DNA from: an uncultured bacterium
GTDB lineage: Bacteria > Schekmanbacteria > GWA2-38-11 > J061
Direction: 5' to 3'
Length of the DNA: 52,401 nt
NCBI GenBank assembly: GCA_964549305.1
Contig: CAZJVM010000011.1
Span: 1 to 52,401, forward strand
Part shown: piece after piece, positions 1 through 9,815 of the stretch
Position numbering within the stretch: position 1 is the first letter of the stretch
Layout of the letters: the number at the start of each line of letters is the position of its first letter
Notes under the pieces: model-generated
Seen by the model: the letters and a program-made list of their open reading frames with translations, nothing else
The model's database searches: none
What the model was told of the DNA's origin: nothing
Program-made: the position numbers and the translations under genes

Positions 1-80
1 CAGTCAAAATATTAGCTATTGACTTTTTAACAGCGCTACTTTAAATAAAATTCCGTTTTTATGTTTTACAATTTTTGAGT

Positions 81-153
<73 letters not shown>

Positions 154-432
154 ATTGTTTTTTCACTGAGTTACGCCAGTAGACAGAATTATCACACTCC
201 CATTCCTGACCATATAGTTTTTGGTCCTGCGTCAACATATTCAAAAAGACTTAAAGACAGAAATCAACAGACGTTCCCGTGAATTTTTCTACTTCCTGAA
301 ATAATCAACGGACAATCCTGAGTCAGCAGATACAGGCAGTTATGAACCGTCATTTATTGCAATTTTTTTTTGACCTGATAATTTTTTTAATTAAGATAGA
401 TAAACAAAACACTTTTAAGGGGAGGAGAAATC

Positions 433-975
433 ATGGGTGTACACGAAATGACAGAAGAAGAAAGAGAGCAGATGCTTGACGAAGCGTTCAAGGCAATGAA
501 AATAGAAAGAAAACATCTCTCAAAAAAAGAACTGGAAAAGGAAATCCTTGATTACATAAACAAGCAGACTCTCTGTTCACTGGCAACCTGTGGCAATGAC
601 GGAGCGCCAAGAATATCGCTGGTGGACTACATAAACGAGGGACTCACCCTTTACATATTCAGCGAGGGTGGAGAGAAATTCAATAACCTGAAGGAAAACA
701 AAAGGGTTGCCGTGGGAATCGGCACCGGTTCAAAGGCAATAAGCACGAGAGGTGTCAATATATGGGGTATTGCCGATGTTTTTACAGAGGGCGACGCAGA
801 GTTTGCCCATGGTTTGGAAATTTTCAAACCAATTCTGAAAGATATGGAAAAATCTATTGGCAAACCTGTGGTATTTCCTAAAGAGATAATGAGACTGATA
901 AGGATTACCCCATCAAAAATGGTATATTCCCACAACAAGAAAGGAATTGCCAACGCTCACTGGGTCGCGGAATAG
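433..975 (+). CDS. Pyridoxamine 5'-phosphate oxidase-like FMN-binding split-barrel protein
   Basis: SLATCGNDGAPR..., LYIFS..GEKFNNLKENKRVAV pattern; strong SD GGAGGAG upstream. Confidence 0.75.
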   Translation: MGVHEMTEEEREQMLDEAFKAMKIERKHLSKKELEKEILDYINKQTLCSLATCGNDGAPRISLVDYINEGLTLYIFSEGGEKFNNLKENKRVAVGIGTGSKAISTRGVNIWGIADVFTEGDAEFAHGLEIFKPILKDMEKSIGKPVVFPKEIMRLIRITPSKMVYSHNKKGIANAHWVAE

Positions 976-1016
976 TTTAGTGGTATCATTGAAATCAGTA
1001 CATATCACTGTTGTCT

Positions 1017-1100
1017 GAGATATTGCTTTCGCTTCTAAAAAATGATCCCTGTCACACCTGCGCAATGACAATGAAAGGCACCGGAAGATGACAAAAGGAG
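1017..1100 (-). repeat. Degenerate GTCAT-type REP-like remnants
   Basis: Minus strand reads GTCATCTTCCGG...GTCATTGCG...GCGAAAGCAATATCTC; GGAAGATGACAAAA (1083-1096) is identical to 51990-52003. Confidence 0.5.
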
Positions 1101-1262
1101 TCAACAGAAAATCACAATAAAAAACATCTCTTTCTTATTTTACTTCATAACAAAATGTGTATTCATTGAATGTGGAAATAGTTTATTTCAATAAGTATGA
1201 TAAACTCTTATATGTGAATTTATATCTTAAAGATTTCGATCCAAACTATAAGGAGAATCTCC

Positions 1263-2870
1263 ATGGAAGAGAAAGAATTGACTCCTGACTATCAACTTGA
1301 TTATCTCGGTTTTTACAATCTCGGACGCGTCTGCTGGAATTTTTCGACTCCTGAACTTTACGAACAGGCAATCCGCCGTTATGAGGCACAGATAGCGCAT
1401 CTCGGACCTCTTGCAGTGAGAATGGGACAGCATACGGGGCGCGCGGCAAAAGACAAATACATTGTCGATGAATTACAGACCACAAAAGACATATGGTGGG
1501 GCAAGGTCAATGTTAAATACTCCGAAGAAAAGTTTGACCACCTATTCAGGAGAATGAAAGCGTACATACAGGGCAAGACGATATTTGTTCAGGACTGCTA
1601 TGCGGGCGCGGACGAGCAATATCGCCAATCGGTTCGCGTCATCACCGAATTCGCGTGGCACAGCCTTTTCGCCCGCAATATGTTCATACAGGTCCCCCGC
1701 GACAAGGAGCACATTAAAAACTTCATACCGGACTTTACCGTACTTCACTGCCCCAACTTCAATGCCGACCCCGATGAGGATGAAACGCGAAGCGGAACGT
1801 TCGTAGCCATAGAATTAAGCAAGAAACTCGTTTTAATAGGCGGCACGGCGTATGCGGGAGAGATAAAGAAATCCATTTTTTCAGCACTCAATTTTTTACT
1901 TCCCGGACAGGATGTTCTTTCTATGCACTGCTCGGCAAATGTGAGCAAAAACGACCCCGAAGACGTGGCTATTTTTTTCGGACTTTCCGGTACCGGAAAA
2001 ACGACGCTCTCGGCAGACCCGGAAAGACTTCTTATAGGCGATGACGAGCACGGATGGTCCGATAACGGAGTATTCAACTTTGAAGGCGGTTGTTACGCCA
2101 AGGTAATAAACCTTTCCGAGACATCCGAACCGGAAATATTTCTATGCACGAGACGTTTCGGAACAATACTTGAAAATGTGGCCATAAATCCTGCCCTTCG
2201 ATATGTTGATCTCGACGATTCCACTTTTACGGAAAATACGCGCGCATCATATCCGCGCACACATCTTTCCAACATAGTTGAATCGGGAATGGCGGGTCAT
2301 CCGAAAAATGTTGTTATGCTTACTGCAGACGCTTTCGGAGTGCTTCCTCCGATTGCAAAACTGACGCAGGAGCAGGCAATGTATCACTTCGTAAGCGGAT
2401 ACACGGCAAAGGTCGCGGGAACTGAAAAAGGTGTCACGGAACCTACGGCTACTTTCAGCACCTGCTTCGGCGCGCCTTTTATGATGCGCCATCCTTCCGT
2501 TTACGCGCAACTACTCGCGGACAAAATAAGCAAACATAATGCCAGGTGCTGGCTTGTTAACACCGGATGGACAGGAGGAGCTTACGGCACGGGACACAGA
2601 ATGGAAATCGGACACACGAGGACTCTTTTAAATTCCGCCCTTAACGGTTCTCTTGACAATGTAAAAATGCACAAAGACCCTGTATTCGGATTTCTAGTTC
2701 CCGATGAAGCGCCGGGAGTGCCTTCGGAAATACTATCACCGCGAAACACATGGTCAAATTCTACGGATTACGACAATACTGCGAGAAAGCTCGCGTCTCT
2801 TTTCAATGACAACTTCAAACAGTTCGAAGAAAATATGCCTGAAAAAGTCCGTTCAGCGGGTCCAAAGTAG
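1263..2870 (+). CDS. pckA: Phosphoenolpyruvate carboxykinase (ATP)
   Basis: FFGLSGTGKTTLS kinase-1 motif, LIGDDEHGW, FNFEGGCYAK, ENTRASYP; SD AGGAG. Confidence 0.98.
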   Translation: MEEKELTPDYQLDYLGFYNLGRVCWNFSTPELYEQAIRRYEAQIAHLGPLAVRMGQHTGRAAKDKYIVDELQTTKDIWWGKVNVKYSEEKFDHLFRRMKAYIQGKTIFVQDCYAGADEQYRQSVRVITEFAWHSLFARNMFIQVPRDKEHIKNFIPDFTVLHCPNFNADPDEDETRSGTFVAIELSKKLVLIGGTAYAGEIKKSIFSALNFLLPGQDVLSMHCSANVSKNDPEDVAIFFGLSGTGKTTLSADPERLLIGDDEHGWSDNGVFNFEGGCYAKVINLSETSEPEIFLCTRRFGTILENVAINPALRYVDLDDSTFTENTRASYPRTHLSNIVESGMAGHPKNVVMLTADAFGVLPPIAKLTQEQAMYHFVSGYTAKVAGTEKGVTEPTATFSTCFGAPFMMRHPSVYAQLLADKISKHNARCWLVNTGWTGGAYGTGHRMEIGHTRTLLNSALNGSLDNVKMHKDPVFGFLVPDEAPGVPSEILSPRNTWSNSTDYDNTARKLASLFNDNFKQFEENMPEKVRSAGPK

Positions 2871-2941
2871 TTTGTTGACATTTTTATCACAATATATCTA
2901 TTAAAAAGTCCTGGTTTATCGCCATCTAAAGATAAGATGAA

Positions 2942-2979
2942 CGAGATAAAAGCACTTTTCAATTCTTATCTCGAAAAAA
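2942..2979. terminator. Stem-loop downstream of pckA (possible terminator)
   Basis: CGAGATAA...TTATCTCG inverted repeat followed by an A-run. Confidence 0.3.
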
Positions 2980-3066
2980 CAGAAATAAAAAGAAATAGCT
3001 CACCTCTATTCCATATAATCGCGCCCTCTGCGGGTACTTTCATACCCTTATTAGTTTTTCACATTC

Positions 3067-3093
3067 TAATTTAACTTTCGGAACTGCCGATAT
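3067..3093 (+). promoter_or_regulatory. Putative sigma-28 (FliA)-type promoter
   Basis: TAAT-N15-GCCGATAT, compared with consensus TAAA-N15-GCCGATAA, 37 nt upstream of the ATG at 3131. Confidence 0.5.
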
Positions 3094-3130
3094 GCAGTTG
3101 ATTATTAAACAAATTTTTTAATGGTCTTAT

Positions 3131-4630
3131 ATGGAAAACAATCTAAAATTCAGGAATATCAAAACAAGCGTTCCGGCGGGAATTGACAAGCTGACGGGAA
3201 TGTATGTTCACAGCTTATTCAAGGAAGCCCTCAGGAAAAAAATCGAAAAGCACGAAAAAGACACTAATTCCTTCGGCGTGGCAATTATCGATATTGACCA
3301 CTTCGCTCTCTATAACCGCTCTCTCGGTTCAATCAAGGGTAATGAAGCTCTTGAGAAAATCGCCGCCATTATCAAAGAAAATACTTCTAATGAAGATTTT
3401 TGCGCAAGATACGGAGGAGATGTTTTCACCGTGATATTTGAAAGCATCTCTATCGAGGAAGCATTTGAAGCGCTTGAAAATATCCGTCACAGCATTGAAA
3501 AAGAATTCAACGGGAAACTTACGATAAGTGCGGGATTCGCTTCATATCCCGACAACGGCAACAATCATATGGATTTGATGAACAATCTTCAGCATTCTCT
3601 CCATCACGCAAAAATAAGCGGGAAAAACCGTATTCAACACTTGGAAATGAATGTATCCGAACTGGCAGAAAAAAAACCGGTAATTCTTCTTGTCGATGAT
3701 TCTCCACTCTCAATCAAGATGATAAAAAAACTGCTTTCTTCCCTCAAGTACACTATTCTTCAAGCTGAAAGCGGAGACGAAGCAATTGAAATAGCAGAAA
3801 AGGCGGAGATAGACTTAATCCTGCTGGACATAATGATGCCCGGCAAAAACGGCTATGAAGTCTGCCGCATTTTGAAGGAACGAAAGAAGACAGCACACAT
3901 ACCCGTAATAATGGTAACATCCCTGAACGACGCGGAGTCAAAGAAAAAAAGCCTTAAAGCAGGCGCGGACGATTTCATAACTAAACCTTATGAAAAAACA
4001 GAAATCTTCGCCCGCACAAAAAGCCTTATAAAGCTTAGAAAACTGAACAAAAAGCTTAGTAACGCTGAAAGCACCGTAATGTCCCTTGCCAATCTCGTTG
4101 AGGGACAGAATACTCCGGGAAAGGGAAATATACCTGAAATCGCAAAACTTGCCGCTCAAATCGCGAAAAAACTCGGACTCAAAGGCGAAAAAGTAGAGGC
4201 AGTGAGAGTCGCGGGAATTCTCCACGACATAGGAAAAGCGCGAATACCCAAAAAAATACTAAACAAAAAACAACCTCTGAACAGAAATGAATGGGAAATA
4301 GTGCGACGCCATCCCGATTTGGGTTATAACGCGATGCAACCCCTTAAAGGAATCTATCCGTCATCTCTCAATGCGATAAGGTATCATCACGAAAAGCTTG
4401 ACGGAAGCGGTTATCCGAAAGGGCTTAAAGACAATGAGATTCCCCTCACGGCAAGGATAGTAGCGGTTGTCGATATGTATGACGCCCTCATTTCCAAAAG
4501 GCCTTACAGAAATCCGAAGACAAAGAAAGAAGCATTGTCAATTCTCCGGAAAGAGGCAGAGCAGGGCAAAATAGACAGAAAGGTTGTAAAGTGCCTCGAG
4601 GATATTTTGAACAAAAAACCGATTGATTAG
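3131..4630 (+). CDS. GGDEF(variant)-REC-HD-GYP c-di-GMP signalling protein
   Basis: DKLTG..DIDHF..RYGGDVF (GGDEF-like); ILLVDD..ILLDIMMP..GADDFITKP (receiver); LHDIGK..HHEKLDGSGYP (HD-GYP). Confidence 0.9.
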   Translation: MENNLKFRNIKTSVPAGIDKLTGMYVHSLFKEALRKKIEKHEKDTNSFGVAIIDIDHFALYNRSLGSIKGNEALEKIAAIIKENTSNEDFCARYGGDVFTVIFESISIEEAFEALENIRHSIEKEFNGKLTISAGFASYPDNGNNHMDLMNNLQHSLHHAKISGKNRIQHLEMNVSELAEKKPVILLVDDSPLSIKMIKKLLSSLKYTILQAESGDEAIEIAEKAEIDLILLDIMMPGKNGYEVCRILKERKKTAHIPVIMVTSLNDAESKKKSLKAGADDFITKPYEKTEIFARTKSLIKLRKLNKKLSNAESTVMSLANLVEGQNTPGKGNIPEIAKLAAQIAKKLGLKGEKVEAVRVAGILHDIGKARIPKKILNKKQPLNRNEWEIVRRHPDLGYNAMQPLKGIYPSSLNAIRYHHEKLDGSGYPKGLKDNEIPLTARIVAVVDMYDALISKRPYRNPKTKKEALSILRKEAEQGKIDRKVVKCLEDILNKKPID

Positions 4631-4697
4631 ACGAGTCAACTGCGATTAATCCTCACATTTATTCAAATTAGCCCGGAAATAAACCATACGAATTCCC

Positions 4698-4725
4698 TTG
4701 AATCATTGTAGCTCTATGCTAATAT
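4698..4725 (+). promoter_or_regulatory. Putative sigma-70 promoter of the ABC1 kinase operon
   Basis: TTGAAT-N16-TAATAT with extended -10 TGn. Confidence 0.4.
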
Positions 4726-4754
4726 GCACAGAAAAATAAAGGCAGGCATTTCAT

Positions 4755-6419
4755 ATGTTTGGAAGATCTTTCAGAGTCGTTGTTTCTCTTTTTCCCTTTT
4801 TTGTCAATATACTCAGGGACAGGAAAAGATACATTTTTTTCGGGAGTCCCCGCAGGATTAGCGATGACGCGCATCGTCGCCGGGCTGAAAACCTCAGAAT
4901 CGCCATAACGAAACTCGGCACCACATTCATCAAACTCACTCAGATACTGAGCAGTCGCGCGGATATAATACCTCCCTCCTATCTTGAAGAATTAAGCAAG
5001 CTTCAGGATCAGGTGGAACCCATTGATTCCTCTCAAATAATGAATGTAATAAAGGAAGATCTGAAAAGAGACGTTGATGATATTTTTCAGTCCTTTGACA
5101 CGAACGCGATTGCCGCGGCATCGCTCGGTCAGGTACACAGGGCTAAATACAGGGGAGAAGACATTATCGTCAAGGTTTTAAAACCCGGCATTCCGGAAAT
5201 CGTGGAAATGGATTTAAGAATAATGTTTCGCATACTCAACACCTTCGACCTTCTCTACCCCTCGCACGAAATAAATATTCTCACAATCATAATCAGAGAG
5301 TTTTCGAAGATAATCAGAGAGGAAATGGATTTCAGGAAGGAAGCGGAAAATATGGAAACATTCAGAATCAATTTCTCCGATAACCAGAAAATCATAATAC
5401 CTGAAGTTCATCACGACCTTACGACCAAACACGTCCTAGTTATGAAATATTATGAAGGCGTTAAAATAGACGACATTGACTATCTCAGGAAAATGAACAT
5501 CGATTCGAAAAATCTCATAAACTCCCTCGTTTATCTTTATTCCCATCAGGTGCTTGTTGACGGCATATTTCACGCCGACCCTCATCCCGGAAATATACTC
5601 GTTAACAGCGAAGGGAAAATAATCCTGCTCGACTTCGGTATGGTAGTTACCATAGACGAGAACACGAAGGTAAATCTCGTTTCCGCGGCAATATGCGGAG
5701 CAAGAAGAGATTATGACGGACTCGTGGACGCTTTGATAAAACTTCAGATTATAGGTCCTGAAATAAATATTTCCGTAATGAAAGACGCTATTTCTGTAAT
5801 GACAGACATATTCGACAAGAAGAAGGTGTCGAAGAAAAAGATAAAGGAACTTGCCAACGAGATTTTTACCACTTTTTACCAGTTTCCACTCAACCTGCCT
5901 TCAAATCTCGTCTATCTTTTCAAGTCGGCGGTTATGATTGAAGGCATCGGAATGAGGTTTGACCCAACCTTCAACGGCATTAAAGACGGCACTCCGGTAG
6001 TGAAGGACCTTTTCAAGGAGTCAATGAAGAAACCGAGAGAAGATATTTTTGAGATGGTTTTCCAAAAGGGAAAAGATTTTTATAAAATGGCGGAAAATCT
6101 CGAACAGGTTATAAGAAAGGCGGAAAGGGAATTATTCAGGGTTCGTCTGCACCCCGTTGATATTTTGAGAGTGGAGGGATTTCTCGGATATATGCTGAGA
6201 AGAGTCCTTGTGGGCATAGGCGCAACCACCAACGCGCTCGTAGGCGCGATTATCTACAGCAAAAACGGAAATCTTTTGGTATTGATGCTGTTTCTCAGCT
6301 TTTCGGCATTTCTGTTCGGATTGACTTTTATTCTTCCGGCAAGAAGGATTTTTGATACGAAGGAAAGACACGCAAAGAGATTTGAAAGTGACATTCAAAA
6401 AACTTATCATATAGATTAG
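4755..6419 (+). CDS. AarF/ABC1/UbiB family atypical kinase
   Basis: KLTQILSSRAD (KxGQ-like), AAASLGQVH, FHADPHPGN, LLDFGMV; two C-terminal TM helices. Confidence 0.93.
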   Translation: MFGRSFRVVVSLFPFFVNILRDRKRYIFFGSPRRISDDAHRRRAENLRIAITKLGTTFIKLTQILSSRADIIPPSYLEELSKLQDQVEPIDSSQIMNVIKEDLKRDVDDIFQSFDTNAIAAASLGQVHRAKYRGEDIIVKVLKPGIPEIVEMDLRIMFRILNTFDLLYPSHEINILTIIIREFSKIIREEMDFRKEAENMETFRINFSDNQKIIIPEVHHDLTTKHVLVMKYYEGVKIDDIDYLRKMNIDSKNLINSLVYLYSHQVLVDGIFHADPHPGNILVNSEGKIILLDFGMVVTIDENTKVNLVSAAICGARRDYDGLVDALIKLQIIGPEINISVMKDAISVMTDIFDKKKVSKKKIKELANEIFTTFYQFPLNLPSNLVYLFKSAVMIEGIGMRFDPTFNGIKDGTPVVKDLFKESMKKPREDIFEMVFQKGKDFYKMAENLEQVIRKAERELFRVRLHPVDILRVEGFLGYMLRRVLVGIGATTNALVGAIIYSKNGNLLVLMLFLSFSAFLFGLTFILPARRIFDTKERHAKRFESDIQKTYHID

Positions 6420-6455
6420 AAAGATAATAAATTATTACAAGAGAGGAGACGAACA

Positions 6456-6698
6456 ATGAGTAAAGAACGTGTTGAAGAAATGAATGAAACCCAGGAAAAG
6501 AAAGATCACAGAAAAACACTGAAGGACATCGGCGATGCTCTCATAGACACAATGATTTCAAAACTTCCTGAAGATGTGGCAACGCACCTCTGCAATTCCA
6601 AAAAAGAGATGCTTCTTGCATTCAGAGGTATGATAGATTCCGAACTGGAACGCTCTGACGAGAGGATTTCCAAAATAAAAAAAGAGAAGGATGAGTAA
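6456..6698 (+). CDS. Small helical hypothetical protein
   Basis: 80 aa, SD GAGGAG, amphipathic/charged; its stop abuts the next ATG. Confidence 0.75.
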   Translation: MSKERVEEMNETQEKKDHRKTLKDIGDALIDTMISKLPEDVATHLCNSKKEMLLAFRGMIDSELERSDERISKIKKEKDE

Positions 6699-7202
6699 AT
6701 GCCCCAGAGCAAAACTTCCAAGAATTGCCCCTTTTGCGGCGAAAGAGTCGAGGACAGTTTAGAAAGTTGCCCTTTTTGCAAAAGGATTTTTCGCCTGGAT
6801 TATTCACCGCAGGAACAGGATGAAACAGGAAATAACCTAAAATATATCATCCTTGTTTCTGTCATATTAATTGTTGCCACCGGCTTGTTAATTCTTATTT
6901 TATCAAGCGATGGAGAAAAAAATGCAGGGACGATATCCATTGAGCCAAAAATAGTCAACCCGCCTGTAGTGAATGATATTCAACAAAAAGATACAATCCC
7001 TGCCGGCAATCCGGACTCTGCCTTATCTGTGCAAAAAGATGACACCGCGAAAAAGCCCGTTGTAAAAAAAGGAAATGAAACAACACCTGAAAAAAAACCG
7101 GCAACCATTGAAAAAATTAAAGTTAAAAAACCCAAAAAACCTCCTTCTCCTTCTTTGCCAAAACCCAAGGAAGACCGTTCCGATTTTTACACTCTGGGAT
7201 AG
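6699..7202 (+). CDS. Zinc-ribbon membrane protein (CPFC-x10-CPFC, one TM helix, Pro/Lys-rich tail)
   Basis: NCPFCGE...SCPFCKR; hydrophobic YIILVSVILIVATGLLILIL; low-complexity C-terminus. Confidence 0.75.
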   Translation: MPQSKTSKNCPFCGERVEDSLESCPFCKRIFRLDYSPQEQDETGNNLKYIILVSVILIVATGLLILILSSDGEKNAGTISIEPKIVNPPVVNDIQQKDTIPAGNPDSALSVQKDDTAKKPVVKKGNETTPEKKPATIEKIKVKKPKKPPSPSLPKPKEDRSDFYTLG

Positions 7203-7282
7203 CATTTCAGGGGAGAAAATACTTGCCTCGACGCATTGTTATAGACCATAATTAATTTTTAAGTAAATCTTTTCGTGAAATA

Positions 7283-8767
7283 ATGAAGATAAAAATAAAT
7301 AATGCCGTTTCTTTTAATAGAACAAATGTTGTATTTGTCACCCTTTTCCTCATTGTCCTGTTCGTACCGCTTTTTTCCCTTGCCGCGGAAAAACCCGAAC
7401 GCACTTATTCCCTACAGTCACTGAAAAAGGAAATTCTTCGTATAGCGGATTCAGGCGTTTTTACGAATTCCCGCTACGGAATATTCATTAAATCACTTAA
7501 AAACGGGGAAGTAATCTTTGAAGAAAATTCGAAAACCCCACTAATACCGGCATCGAACATCAAGATTCTCACATCTGCCTGCGCATTATACACTCTTGGT
7601 CCCGAATACCGGTTTACCACGGACATCCTGTGCGACATAAAACCTTCGAAGGGAGCAATAGGAAAGAACATCTATATGAGGGGAACGGGAGACCCCGAAC
7701 TTTATCCTGAAAATATCTGGCAAATAGCTCAAAAAATTAAACAGTACGGAATTAGGGAAATCGTCGGAAACATAATAGTTGACGGAAGCTTTTTCTCAAA
7801 GGAATTGTCGGGAAAATCTCTCCCCACTCAAGTCAATGGCACTACACTTTCGGCGACATCTGTAAATTTCAACTCAATCGAGTACAATATTTCCCCTTTC
7901 GGAGATAAAAAACCTTCTGTATCAATACATCCCTACTCCGATTATTTTTCTGTATCTAACAACATAAAAACCTCTCCTTCTTCGAGGAATAATAATATCG
8001 ATGTCAATGTTTTTGGCGAAAAGGGATTAAGGGAAAAAGTCGTAATATCAGGAGTATATAACGGAAAGAATTTAATCAGCGATTATGTGCGAATCAATAA
8101 TCCTTCGCTTTTTGCGGGAGAAACTCTCAAAAGCATTCTTATATCCTCGGGTATTCGCGTCACGGGAAAGATTATTGAAGGAACCACGCCGAAAAACGCC
8201 TTTTTGTTTTATTCCCATAAATCAAAACCACTATCGGAAATTATCGAGGATATGAATAAGTTCAGCAATAACTTCATTGCAGACCAGCTTTTTATCGCGA
8301 CAGGCGGAAATCGTGAAAAACCTCCTGCAACGGCAGACAAAGCGGTCAATGCAGAAAAAGATTATCTCAAGGGAAACGGCATTTCACTGAAGGATGTGAT
8401 AATAAAGGACGGTTCGGGTTTGTCGAGAGATAACAGAATTTCGCCTTATCTTATAGCGTCTGTTCTTGAACAAGCGTGGTCAGATTTTGATTACGGTCCT
8501 TCGTTGATATCTTCCCTGCCCATAATGGGCACAGACGGCACTCTGAAGAAAAGACTTCAGAATTCTCCTCTGAAAAGAAACATAAGAGCTAAAAGCGGAT
8601 ATATCAACGGCACATCATCCCTTTCGGGATATATAATGACAGAAGAAAAAGAGCCGATAGTTTTTTCCATTATAATTAACGATTGTAGTGATATAATAGC
8701 GGCAAAACTTGCTCAGGATAGAATCGTGGAAATAACGTCGATGTTAAACAGAGCAGGAAAAAAATAA
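7283..8767 (+). CDS. dacB: D-alanyl-D-alanine carboxypeptidase/endopeptidase PBP4 (peptidase S13)
   Basis: PASNIK (SxxK), KFSNNF (SxN), DGSGLSR, AKSG (KTG-like); N-terminal signal. Confidence 0.93.
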   Translation: MKIKINNAVSFNRTNVVFVTLFLIVLFVPLFSLAAEKPERTYSLQSLKKEILRIADSGVFTNSRYGIFIKSLKNGEVIFEENSKTPLIPASNIKILTSACALYTLGPEYRFTTDILCDIKPSKGAIGKNIYMRGTGDPELYPENIWQIAQKIKQYGIREIVGNIIVDGSFFSKELSGKSLPTQVNGTTLSATSVNFNSIEYNISPFGDKKPSVSIHPYSDYFSVSNNIKTSPSSRNNNIDVNVFGEKGLREKVVISGVYNGKNLISDYVRINNPSLFAGETLKSILISSGIRVTGKIIEGTTPKNAFLFYSHKSKPLSEIIEDMNKFSNNFIADQLFIATGGNREKPPATADKAVNAEKDYLKGNGISLKDVIIKDGSGLSRDNRISPYLIASVLEQAWSDFDYGPSLISSLPIMGTDGTLKKRLQNSPLKRNIRAKSGYINGTSSLSGYIMTEEKEPIVFSIIINDCSDIIAAKLAQDRIVEITSMLNRAGKK

Positions 8768-8789
8768 AATAAAAAAGGAGAACGCTCTT

Positions 8790-9374
8790 ATGAAACTGAT
8801 AAATTATTTCGCTTTAACGGTATTTCTCGTTTTTCTTTCATCTTGTTCGCAAAACCAGATTAACGATATTCCCATTGCGATAATACTTTTGCCTGCCATT
8901 GCCGCGCTTTCTATTGTCTGTGTAATGCTTTATATGCTCGTTGTACGGCAAAAAACGTCATTTGATTCGGCACGGAAAAATATAATCAAGAATATGCTAA
9001 CAACGGAAATCGCGCGGGCAAAACGCCATGACCATAAAACAGGAGTTTTGGTGCTGGACATAAAGGGTACTGCAGGAAGAGGCATCCATTATTTCCTTCC
9101 CGGAAAAACCGTTGATGTAGAACACGTGGAAAAATCAATAAGACAGTCAGATAAAGTCCTTCAACAGGATTTCAGAAGATATTTTGTCATCCTTTCGCAT
9201 CTTGCCGCAGATAACTCGGTGAATATAATCAAGGAAAGAATGAACAAAGTCGCGGAAGAAAAAAGCTGGCCCGACGCTAAAATCGGTGTTGCCACATTTC
9301 CCGCGGATGGTGATACCGCTGACGATTTAATCCGTTGCGCCCTCGAGGATATGGACAGAACTGTACAGACTTAG
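8790..9374 (+). CDS. Membrane protein with degenerate GGDEF-like domain
   Basis: Lipobox-like LSSC, TM helix, then EIARAKR..VLVLDI..IRQSD..IGVATFPADG..DDLI (GGDEF fold signature without the GGDEF motif). Confidence 0.7.
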   Translation: MKLINYFALTVFLVFLSSCSQNQINDIPIAIILLPAIAALSIVCVMLYMLVVRQKTSFDSARKNIIKNMLTTEIARAKRHDHKTGVLVLDIKGTAGRGIHYFLPGKTVDVEHVEKSIRQSDKVLQQDFRRYFVILSHLAADNSVNIIKERMNKVAEEKSWPDAKIGVATFPADGDTADDLIRCALEDMDRTVQT

Positions 9375-9440
9375 TCTTTCATTCAAAAGATTTTAAACTT
9401 AAAGATTAAAGCAGATTTTTAACTGCCTGCATTCGGTTTG

Positions 9441-9713
9441 TCAGCCCTCTTCTTCTTTCTTCGCATCCTTCGCTTCACCGGCGCCTTCGCCCGATTCAGC
9501 TTTCTTCTCCTCTTTCCCGCTCTTTTTCTTCGATTTTTCCTTTAACTTATTGGCTCTGTCATTTATGCTTCTGAGCTTCCTCTGCGCTCTTTTAAGCTTT
9601 TTCTTTGCCTTTCTGACTTTGATTATATCAACTTCACCTTCCACATTAACTAGAGAATCTACTTCCTTTTTTAGTTTGGCAATCAATGCCTCGATTTCTT
9701 TCTTCTCAGCCAT
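9441..9713 (-). CDS. Lys/Glu-rich coiled-coil hypothetical protein
   Basis: 90 aa ORF with SD AAGGAG; highly charged. Confidence 0.7.
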   Translation of the reverse strand: MAEKKEIEALIAKLKKEVDSLVNVEGEVDIIKVRKAKKKLKRAQRKLRSINDRANKLKEKSKKKSGKEEKKAESGEGAGEAKDAKKEEEG

Positions 9714-9815
9714 TTCATCTCCTTGAGTTTTAGCTTATTATTTTTTTCTTTTAGTATACAAAAAATATCATTCAATACAATGAGTTTCTCAATTTGCGGA
9801 GAAAACACCTGTCGC

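Noticed and set aside
2938-3075. Short ORF of about 45 codons (MNEIKALF...) between pckA and the HD-GYP gene
   Set aside because: No SD or recognisable motif; overlaps a hairpin and the candidate promoter.
7180-7260. Possible stop-codon readthrough after FYTLG-TAG
   Set aside because: The downstream frame has another stop within about 14 codons and no recognisable domain.
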